Assembly: GCA_013265495.1 (NCBI GenBank)
Contig: MU058289.1
Coordinates: forward strand, 2,167,451 to 2,231,450
DNA: 64,000 bases
Reading direction: 5' to 3'
Source: Vicugna vicugna
Lineage: Eukaryota
Shown: piece after piece, positions 12,496 to 22,400 of the stretch
Position numbering within the stretch: the stretch's first letter is position 1
Layout of the letters: the number at the start of each line of letters is the position of its first letter
Made by a program: the position numbers and the translations under genes
The notes under the pieces: generated by a model
What the model was told of the DNA's origin: nothing
Seen by the model: the letters and a program-made list of their open reading frames with translations, nothing else
Database searches by the model: none

Positions 12496-14889
12496 GGTTT
12501 AGGGGGAAAAAACCAAAACAACTCTTCAAAGCAGGGCTGCTGCTACAACAGTCTGGGCATGTCTCTTGTCCTGAGTGGCCCTTGTACCTTGCAAATTCAT
12601 AGGCATCTCGGGAGCTACAGGCAGACACGGTAAGATGACCATTTGTGTGCTTTCAGAATTATCCTGTTGGCCGATGACAGAGAGAAGATGAAAAGTTAAG
12701 TGTAATTTGGCAAAGTACCGCCTGGGCTGTCTGCTAAGGCCAGGACCTGAATATTGAGTCTATTAGAAGCAATTATAAAAGGGACAGCATTTTTTAATGT
12801 TTCTCATTTGACGGGAAGGTTTTTAAATATGGGGCATTAGTTAATAAAAAGTCCCCAGAAGCCTATTGTAATATATTACCTAATTCCTACCAGTTCGTAG
12901 TCACTGAAATAGGTAAAAAGGGAATGTAAAATTAATATATAGTTATTATTAAAATTGCCTTATAAATTAGTTAAGTGCCCTCGAGGTACCAAGTGGGCAT
13001 CATTATTCTGACACTCTGAAGGGCCTCGGTGTGCCCTGTGTGTGTGCAGAGTAGGGAGCAGGGCTCAGGCTCCATCCTTAAGGATAAAACACCTGCTCAT
13101 GCTGGAAGAGGCGAGAGCTAGCAACCAGCCCACAAAAATTTCATAAAGTCTTCTTTCCTAGTTATTGAAGTTTCTGGGGAGGCTGGCGTTTTGTGACCTC
13201 ACCAGCCTTGTCCTGTGACCAGGGCAAGGAAGGCCAGGAGAGATAGCTGGATTCCCTTGGGGTGGAATTGACTGGGTACCACGTACAAGTGTTCATGTAG
13301 CTCCTGGGACCCTGGGGCCCACCAGTTGTCCCAGATCCGGGGAGTGGGAAGCAATTCCCTTTAAAGTGTCTTCCCCCCTGCTGCAGGCGGGTGGCTGGAG
13401 GGTCTGATGCCACACACCCAGTCACAGCTTGCAGGCAGTACAGCAGAGGGGGCTCAAGGGCCTCTGGGAGCCCCAACTTCTCACCTTTGCATGCAGCAGT
13501 GCATTGCATTAGGGGTGTAGAAGTTGTGAATGGAAATCCTTCAGATCTGAGCTGTTTGCTGAGTCCAGGTGCCTTTTCCAGGGGCGTTTGGTGGCTGTCA
13601 TGCTTTATACGTCTTAGGGGAGGTTTGCCCTGTACCTGCTCAATCTGTTGACAGCGGCAGGCTCATTTCCATGGAGCAGCACTGTCCTCTAGGCAGAGAG
13701 GCTTCCTTCTGCTCCCAGTGGGGATAAAGCTGGGGTTTCCCAGGGGCAAATTTGCTTCTTAAGTTGGCCCCTCAGAGCTGCACATAGAGCCCTATTCTGT
13801 CACTGGCTCCCTCCACTCATCAGGAGGCCAAGCCTTTCTTGTTTTCCTTGGGTGTGGGGGGTCCACGGAGGGCAGCACGTGTGGGGTGGGCAGCCAGAGG
13901 AAACAGGTGAGACTCTTTTCCAGCCAGTCTCTGACATCCCCGACTCATGCTGCTGGAGGGATGCTTCCTCACGGGGACAGAATCCCATTCCAGAGAAGGC
14001 AGACAGGCGGGCTTTCGAAGCAGGGCTGAGCAGACATTCCTGTGGCTTGTATTCCATACCCCATACCAAAGAGCCTGGTCTACAGAGTTTCTTTCTGCGT
14101 TGTCCCTCCAGCCAGGCTGAAGGTTTCTCACGGTGCTCCGCATGGGTGGCAGGCGGTGTGCACTTGCGACCCCTTGTGGCAGCTTTGCAGAGTCGTCCTG
14201 GATTGTGGCTGTGAGGGTCCTGTCCAGTGGGCCCAGCACATGGGGAAGCTGCCTGGTGGGGCCAGTGGGGCAAGGCTGGGTCCAGGGAAGCTGGTCTTCA
14301 ACAGGTAGCTTTCATTTCTTCCAAAACATTTTCTAAAAGGAAAACAACTCTCTCGGATAAAAAGATATTACATGTGCCAGCAGGAAGTTCGGTCAACACT
14401 AAGCGTTATAGACAAGATATGAAAAGAGTCCAGGATACAAAGGTTCACTAGCCCCTGCCGCTTTAGCAGACATGCTCTGGGACTCTCCAGCGGCACAGCC
14501 AGACAGGCTTGGATCTGCTGGGACCGCGCTAGGCTGAGTCGTTCCTCCTTTGTGAAGTGGAAATCTCTTTCTGTTGGTGAACTCAACTCGGGCACTCTGC
14601 ACTTGCGGGGCTCCGCCGTAATCCGCTTAGCAGCCCTCCACCAGGGCGGCCAGGTGGATTCCGACTTTACAGCATGAATAATGCTGCGATGATCAGCCTT
14701 ATCTAGCCACCTCTTGGGTGTTAACTGATGATCTCTTTGGGGTAGATTCTTGCTAACGGAATTTGGGGAGTGTGTGGAGCTTTGATGCACAAAGCCCACT
14801 GCCCTCTAGAAGCTGTTCCCTGTCACAGCTTGGGTGGCGTTAATGTCAGTCTTGTGAGCACGTACTGCATGCTTGCTGGGAATTCTCTC

Positions 14890-14990
14890 ATTTTAATCCC
14901 ATGAGGTTCAGAGCGGCGTCTTTTGCACTTCATAGCACACAGAGCCAGGAAGGCTTTGAGGAGCTGGCCCAAGATCCCACAGCAGGCAGA
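14890..14990 (-). mobile_element. Degraded MIR
   Basis: ctcattttaatcccatgagg...gagctggcccaagatcccacagcag. Confidence 0.45.
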
Positions 14991-15049
14991 TAGTTCTTAG
15001 AGGAGCCAGATGACCTCTCTCCAGAAACCGAGTTCTCAGCTACTGAGCT

Positions 15050-15051
<2 letters not shown>

Positions 15052-15089
<38 letters not shown>
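15052..15089. repeat. (AC)19 perfect microsatellite
   Basis: 38 nt of uninterrupted AC. Confidence 0.98.
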
Positions 15090-15092
<3 letters not shown>

Positions 15093-15129
15093 TGAAAGCC
15101 TGTGTGTCCACTCGGGCCTCAAAGTTAGC

Positions 15130-15660
15130 TGTGTTGTTTTTATTATTAGTCATCTTTACCACACTGATAAGGGAAAAGTAATACCGCACCATTATTTCCA
15201 CTTTTTTGATTATTGGCGAGGTTAAACTTCTCTTGCAGGTATTTCCTGGGCATTTGCCTTTGTGGCTTGTCTGTCCTTGGCAGTTTGTTATTGGGACGTT
15301 TGTAGGTTGACTTACTGATCTACAGGAGCACTTAATAATAAGGGTCTTCATGTTACTGTTTGTCAAAGTATTTTTTCCCATTTGATATACAGAAATTTCA
15401 AATATAAAGTCAAATTGATCCTTTCTTGTATAGTTTATGCCTTTTGGATAGTTATGTAGACCGTCTGTGCTATCTCAGTACAATTCAATCATTTGCATGT
15501 TTTCTTCGATCTTTATAATTTTATGATTTTCTTTTAAAAAATATTTTCTGTACTATTATGAAATATTTCAACGCTGATATATGTAGTATGATACATCAAT
15601 GTATCCATGTGATTTCGTTTTTTAATTTTTAACTCTTTAGATAAAGTGCATTTGAGAGTG
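15130..15660 (-). mobile_element. Ancient L1M fragment, antisense
   Basis: AT-rich; ttgtggcttgtc...caaagtattttttccc...acagaaatttcaaatataaagtcaaattgatcctttcttgtatagtttatgcc resembles antisense L1M. Confidence 0.6.
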
Positions 15661-15785
15661 ACGAGCCCGCAAGGATTCTGGGGTTTTTTGCCCTCGCAAA
15701 ATGACAAGTTGATCCACTGTCTTTGGAATAATGTGTTTGCCCTACTGACTTAGAACTCCACCTTCACTGTATTCTAAACTGTTAT

Positions 15786-16140
15786 ATGTGTTAGTCAGCA
15801 TAGGATAGCCATTGCTGCGTAACAACAGAGCTCCATGTCTCAGTGGCTCAGCCTAGTGACAGTTTATTTCTAATTTATGTTGCAGTCTGAGCGGGCCCCA
15901 TGGCTCTCCTCCAGCAGTGTTGGGGCTGTTCCATTGCCTGACTCTGCCCTCTTTGAGAAGGGAGAGAGAAAGCACACAGAACTTAACCTCCACCCTTAAA
16001 AGTCTTGCCCAGAAGCAGCTCACGTCCCTTCCCTTCATACTCCCATTGGTGAGTCAGTCCCGTAGTCCCAGCCTAGCTGCAGGGAGGCTGAGAAATGTGC
16101 CCAGGATGAGGAACTGGAGTGGTGAGCACATGACTGGGGC
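15786..16140 (-). mobile_element. MLT1J/K/L-type solo LTR
   Basis: tgtgttagtcagcatagg...gctgcgtaacaacag...ctcagtggct...gtttatttct...cccattggtgagtcagtccc...cccagcctagctgcagggaggctgagaaatgt...tggtgagca. Confidence 0.75.
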
Positions 16141-16151
16141 TCGGCCCGAAC

Positions 16152-16220
16152 AGACGACGATGATGATGATGATGTGTGTGTTTGTGTGTGTATAAGGGAG
16201 AGAGAGAAAGGGGGGGGGGC
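16152..16220. repeat. Compound microsatellite (GAT)n-(GT)n-(GA)n-G10
   Basis: gacgacgatgatgatgatgatgtgtgtgtttgtgtgtg...gagagagagaaaggggggggggc. Confidence 0.85.
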
Positions 16221-18389
16221 TTACTGATGAAGGACTTTTGATGGGGAGACAGGGAGAGACCACTGAGAACTCCCTCCAGCTATCCTCCATCCCTGGGTGG
16301 ACGGGTGGGTCCTGAGGGGACCTGGTTAAGGCTAGCAGGGCAGCCAGGTGGACTGGAAGGAGCCATGAGGAGGGACGGTAGTGGTCCCGGGGAGAGGGGA
16401 CCTGACGGGGTGCTGGCAGTGGGTGGTGCTGGGGACGGAGCCCGGAGCAGAGAGCTCAGGGCATGCTTGGCAGTATAAAGATGCTTCTTGCAGTGGCCGG
16501 CATGGCAGATGAGAAAGCACATCTTCTCGGGGTGACCCCCTCTTCCTCATCCTCTAAGCTTTCACTGCGTTTTGTGAACTTTCTGAATTTTGGCGGGTGA
16601 TTTGGTTGCTCATGTAGCTCACTCTGTGCAATGCTTTGCAGGGTGTGCAGGGAGAGTGGAGAAGTCAAGGGACTTCTCTGTCTCGTGACTGCACAGCAGA
16701 AGGGGAAACCCAGACCCTCATCACCTGACTGGTGTGTCCGCCTTGGAGCGTGACTCTTACAGGCCGTGACCCAGGAGGGCACCTCCAGACCAGGCAGTTC
16801 ACTGTAATTAGACTGCCGTCTGCCAGGACGAGGGCGGAGTTCCTGTAGTACCTTTGCTGTGATACAGCTCCCTCAATGGGAGTTCACACCCGAAAGTGTT
16901 CCTGCCAGTTGTCTGCTGGCTTTGGTTAGCAGTGTTAGCACAAGGAAGAAAGAATATTTAACTTTGCATCAATAGGCAAAGAATAATTAAAATCCAGTTA
17001 AAAGCATGAATTCTTCTACGTATTGGCTTTATGTAATATGTATTTAAAAACAAGACATCTGTTAAGGCTTTCTTTTGAATCTATCCAGAAACCAAGAGAG
17101 GGTATCATTTTAATTAAAAATGGATTATTTCGGAAACAGTTTAATCACCCCTGTCATCGTGGGACTTAGACCTTACTAATTAGCTACTGATAATTAGGTT
17201 CAAGTTACCAAAATTTTGAATTCATGGGGGTTAGAGGAGTACTTTTAGGGACCTGGCCTGCAGCTATGGGGTGTCAGGAGGAGAAAGGCTCAGACCACTT
17301 GAGTGAGTTCTTAAATCACATATCCTGTCCTCTGTGGACCCAGAGGGGACATCCCACAGCAGGTTGGGGATAATGAGGAGCACCTGTGGCTGTCTCATCT
17401 CCCCCACCTCCTGCCTCCGTGGTGTGAGCAGGTGCCGAGGCCCTGGAAGGTGGCACCTCTCCCTGACCGTGTCCTCGTTGTGCTGGCCTGTGGCTGAGGC
17501 CTCACTGACGGGTTCCCACTGGAGCACAGATGCGGTCCCCACCGTGTGGAAGGCCCTGCCAGCCCGGCCAGGCCCCTGCCCCTTTTTCTCCCCCCACCCC
17601 CACCCAGTGCTCGGAGAGGGTCCCCATTGCCTGCACCTCCTCCTTTAAGGGCTGATCTTTCTATTTGGGTGGCGGGAGCACAACCCCCATTTATCATCTT
17701 AAGTGGAGGACGACTTTCAAAGTGATGAATGGCATTCTCATTGCTCCTTCAGCCAAATGTGACCGAAATAACATCTGGAGTCGTGAGTAGGGGTGGGAAG
17801 GCTTGTTAGAGGATGGGTCTTCAGCGGCTCACACGGAACAGCCCATAGCCTGCCCTACAACAGAGCCACACACAGGTCGAAAAGGGCTGTTGCCACCAAG
17901 GGCCGATCCAGGCCCTGCTGGATGGTGTCCAGACCGCCTTCTGCTGCTGTTCTGGCTTTGACCTGGTCATTGTGGCTCCTGGGCTCTTAGGAGAACCTTT
18001 TCAAAGAAGAGACGTCATATCACAGGTACCCCGGGTAGCAGTCACCTGGCAAGGCACCTGCGCTTCTTGTGGCCTGCAGTCCTGGGCTGCAGTGACCCAA
18101 GTCCCTCCAGCCTCGGGGTCCTGCTGCACACTGACCGCCCGGGTGAGCAGTTCCCTCTGTCCAGTGGCCTGTGCTTGAAACACCAAGAATGGTTTGTGTG
18201 CAGCTGGGCCTGGCCGGGGCGGCGCCTGCCGCTTCTCCTCCTCTCCCCTCAGAGCCTGGCGCAGGGGGCAGCTGGGAGGGAGGATGTGTACATGAGACCC
18301 AGAAGATGAACCAGAATCAGCCGGGGCACAGCTTCGAGTCTCCGACCCAGAAGATGAAAGCCACGGGGTTTGGGGTTGGGGGGAGGTAG

Positions 18390-18416
18390 GCTAGCCAGAG
18401 CCAGAGCCAGAGCCAG
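18390..18416. repeat. (AGCCAG)4 short tandem repeat
   Basis: ctagccagagccagagccagagccagg. Confidence 0.85.
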
Positions 18417-20411
18417 GGTGGGGGGAGGGAGCCAGTGCTTGGGGCTGCCACGTTAGAAAGGCATTGATGTGAAATGGTTCTGTCTGAAACAACATGTTTG
18501 TGAACTATTTTAAGATTGTAAGGCTGAGAAAGGAATTTGATGTTTGGAAGTAAAGTAGCACTGGAATCTATAGAAACGAAACAAAACACCCTAGAGGGAT
18601 TCAGAAAGAAGAGTTTAAAAAAAAAGAAAGAAAGAAAGAAAGAAGGGCTGGCCAGGGCATCTTGTCCTAACTATGCTGTGTGGAATCCGGGGCCCTTGTC
18701 TCCTGCAGGATTGGTATTTATGAAGCACCTGTTTGGTGGAGGATTCTAGGTTTTGTTTCTTCCACCGGGGATGGGAAGGGAGTTCATGGAGTGGGGAGAG
18801 TCGTGGCAGCTGGTGCCCCCAAGGACACCCCAGGGTGGAGTGAGTCAGCTGCCGGGCACCCGAGGAGCTGTACAACCATGGTCTGATGCGGGCATCCAGC
18901 AAGACGGTCATGGCCTTGACCAGGCTCCGCCTAATGACCTGACTTTATGATAAAAGAAGGTAGGAATGGTGTCAAGTGAGACTCCAGCCAGGATTCTGGG
19001 TTCAGGGGAAGCTCTCACTTACCTGCACTTGGCAGCGAAGCAGAATATTATGGTGAGAGCTTGGCATCTGCTTGTCCGAGACCCTCAGCCACCAGGTTTG
19101 CTGGAGGTGGGCTTTGTTCCCTGAGACCCCTTGGCACCCCAGGTGCTGAGGACCGAGGGCCAGTTTGGCCTTTGTCCAGGGGTCCCCGCTGACCTGGTGT
19201 CTGAGGCTGCTGAGCTGTGGGCAGGAGCAAGTGCGGGCACAGGAAAGAGCCAGGTTCTGCTGGAGTCCACCCCACCAGCTGTTTTCCAAAGACTGGCAGA
19301 TCTGAGGGACATCTAGGGACAGAGAGCTTCTGGACTATGTGCTCCCACCCAGAACTAAAAACAGGCTTTTCCTCCGAGAACTTCTGCCAAGTCCTTGTAT
19401 TATTTGCTTAATAGTTTATTTACTTTTTCTTGAAATATATTTTAAAAGAAACTTGGTATTTCCGTCATGAGTGAAACCCAGTACAATGTGCCAGAAGTAG
19501 AAGGTAATACTTTAGAATTAACACCTGATGCGTAACACCTGTTTATCGCTGTAGCCCATCCCATAATGTCCTCGCATGGACTTTTGTCATGCTTTGGGAA
19601 ATACGAGCTCAGAGAAGGCCCTTCCTCCCTCTCCCCCTGGAGTCTCCCTGTGTTCCAGCTTCCCTGCCCTGTGCCTTCCTGGGGAGGGGGCGGTGCTGGT
19701 GTCCCTTGGAGAGAAAGTAGCCTCTAAATTGGGTTGAACAAGGATGATCTCCCCTCACCATTTCTTGGCCTGGTGGTTTGAGCCTCCCTGGCTATTTCCT
19801 AGGGTGGCCTGGGGCATGTTTAAAGGGGAAGCTTTCTGTTTGGGGCCACAAAGGATTTCTTGTTGACATCAGCAAGAACTAGTGAGGGCAGACGTCGATC
19901 TCCTACAGAGGCAGAGAGCAGTTGGCAGATTGTGCCTGTGTTTCCGCGGCTCTTCCAGGGCCTTCCAAAGCTGGGGCCTCTCACTTGTTTGAGAGTGCCA
20001 GCCCCAAAGGGGTCTGGATTCACAGGTCTTAGAACTTCCCACTTGAGTTGTGTGCTGCCTATCCAGGCTTCACCCTCCTGTGTTGTCACCATCCTGGGTA
20101 CCAGTCATGTCCCGCCTGTGTCTGCAGCACCTGCCCTAGGCGCCCTGTCCTTCTTTTGGGGAATCAGCAAAGAAGGTGCCGGAGAGGATCAGAGCAGGCC
20201 AGCTGCTCACCACATAGATGATGGTCAGAACCACCAGCTGGTTTCCTTCGTGTATAAATTCCTTAAAGATCAGTAACAAAAAAAAGATGAACGTTCAGTT
20301 TTCTAAAATAGAAGCAGGCCACTGAGAAAGGAAGAAATACCAGGAAATAAACTTATAAGCATGTTCAAATGTGCCTGTTAATGAAACGATGAAAAACTTT
20401 TTTTCAGGAGG

Positions 20412-20505
20412 TTTTATTTATTTATTCTTAATGGAGGTACTAGGGATGGAACCCACGACCTCGTGCCTGCTGAACAGGCACTCTACTACTGAGCTATACC
20501 CTTCC
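20412..20505 (-). mobile_element. tRNA-Ala-derived short SINE, vic-1-like (camelid lineage)
   Basis: The minus strand reads GGAAGGGTATAGCTCAGTAGTAGAGTGCCTGTTCAGCAGGCACGAGGTCGTGGGTTCCATCCCTAGTACCTCCA-TTAAGAATAAATAAATAAAA: Pol III A box (TAGCTCAGTAG), B box (GGTTCCATCCC) and an A-rich tail. It is a SINE, not a functional tRNA gene. The family name is from recall, not a database search. Confidence 0.75.
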
Positions 20506-20796
20506 CTCAAAACCTTTTTGTTTTGTCTACCAAATTCGCAGTTTAGTGGGCAAACAGGCACTGCTCAGGACTCTGAAAATCCTGACGGGCTTTCTGGGGT
20601 CATTTGGCAGAACGTGCCCTGAGACTCCGAAATGTGCTTTTGCTCAGTGAGTCTCCTTCTAGGAATTCAGCCTGAAGATGGTGAAAAGGCATGTGGCCAT
20701 GTGTGTCCATCCTCACACGGAGGTGGAAGCAACCTAGATATCTAACAGGGCGTAATTGGTTAAGTGAATTATAGGCTGCGGTCCTCCTCACGCAAC

Positions 20797-21160
20797 TGTT
20801 TACTTATTCAGTCACTCAGCAGAGATGTACTGAAAACCTCCTGTGTGCTAGGCACTATCCCAGGCTCTAGGGATACTGCAGTGAGCAAAACAGATAAAAA
20901 CCTCAGCCTAATGGGAGGCGAGAGAGGATGGATGGGTGGAGGGGTGGATAGATGGAGGGAGGGCGGGAGGGAGGGACGGCTGGATGGAGGGAAGGAGAGA
21001 GGGGTACTAGGTCAGATGATGGTGAGGGCCAAAGGAGGAGGGGGCACTCTACCCAGAGGGCTCAAGACAGATGTTCCTGAGGAGGAGACACGGAGGAGAA
21101 ACCTGAAGGAGAGCGAGCGGGCTGTGACCTCCAGGACAGATGTTCCAGGCAGAGAGGACA
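20797..21160 (-). mobile_element. L2 fragment with an internal GGA-rich low-complexity tract (~20925-21000)
   Basis: tattcagtcactcagcagagatgtactgaaaacctcctgtgtgctaggcactatcccaggctctagggatactgcagtgagcaaaacagataaaaacc is a canonical antisense L2 end. Confidence 0.75.
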
Positions 21161-22234
21161 GGGCTCATCTGGTGGCCCTGCAGTAGGAGCTTGCTCATCA
21201 TCCCACAAGTACCAGGGAGCCAGACTGAGAAGATGAGAGGAGATGGGGAGCAAGAGGGAGGCAGGCTGCTCGTGGGAAGGCAGGGTTGGGTTTGCGCAGT
21301 TGGGGCCAACTTCGGTTGTTAGAGGCGCGCACTCCGTAGGGACGAGGGCTGAAGCAGGGGAGCCAGCTCCGCCACTGTCACCATCGACCAGGCGAGAGAA
21401 GGTGGTGGCCTGTGCCAGGGACAGGTGGTGTTAGTGGGGAGAACTGTCAGATTCTGGACATGGTGACAATAGACACGGATCTGTTGACAGGGAGCAACGT
21501 TCATGCTTTAGAAGGAAACTCCCCTGGGACCCTGGCCTGAGTGGAGTCATCAGTCCTTGCAGACCCTTTTCAGCTCAGTTGGGCCCTGTGCACAGGGATG
21601 ACATGGAAGAACTTAGGAGCCAGTGAACACATGGCTCCAGCTACCTGGAAAGGCTGGCTTTATCTGCTGAAGCTGAACCTATACGAAGTCCGGCGACCCA
21701 GCATTTCCACTCCTGGCTCCGTGCTTGGCGGGGATGCGTGCGCACGTGCCCCAAAAGACCGCAAGAGAGCGTGCTCGGCAGCACTAGTCACCACCGCTCC
21801 GATCCAGCAACCACAGAGAGATCTGGTCACTGACAGTTCAAAACTGGGACACACTCATCCGGTGGAACGCTGCCACCGATGAGAAGGAGCAAATGCCAAC
21901 GACCGGCCACAGGGATGGGTGGTTCACCTGCGTGACGTGGAGCAGCGGAGGAAGCCAGACCCAGCCAGACTCAGCTTGCTCACGTCATTTAATCCATTTA
22001 CATCAAGTTCAAAAATAGGCCAAACTAACCTGCCGTCTTGGAAGTCAGGCTCCTGCTGCGGGGAGGACCGAACAGTGGGGGTTGGGGGGGTCTCGGGGTG
22101 CTCGGCACAGAGATGCTCACCTCGCAACAGGCCATTGTGCCCCGTCCTTATGATTTGGGTCTTTCTCTGTGTGTTTGTCAGACTTGTCAAGAGGTGACTC
22201 TCAAAAAAGAAGTTCAGTTTATTTTTATTTTAAA

Positions 22235-22400
22235 AATCTGTGTTTATGCATTAAAAAAATCTGGCAGAATATTCAACAGAATATTTGATAGAGGTTATTT
22301 CTCAGAGATAAGATTAAGGGTGATTTAAATTCTTTTCCTTTGTATAGAAGATTTCTAAAATCTTTTCCATTTTACATGTATATGTGCAAATGTATTTATA
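22235..22400 (+). mobile_element. L1ME-like 3' end fragment
   Basis: tctggcagaatattcaacagaatatttgatagaggttatttctcagagataagattaagggtgatttaaattcttttcc...acatgtat. Confidence 0.6.

Noticed and set aside
18296-18416. CRISPR-like repeat-spacer arrangement
   Set aside because: Only two 15-bp repeats, in mammalian intron, with no cas genes. No prokaryotic-type systems are present in this window.
20430-20505. Possible tRNA-Ala gene
   Set aside because: Mismatched stems, a degenerate anticodon arm and an A-rich tail indicate a SINE.
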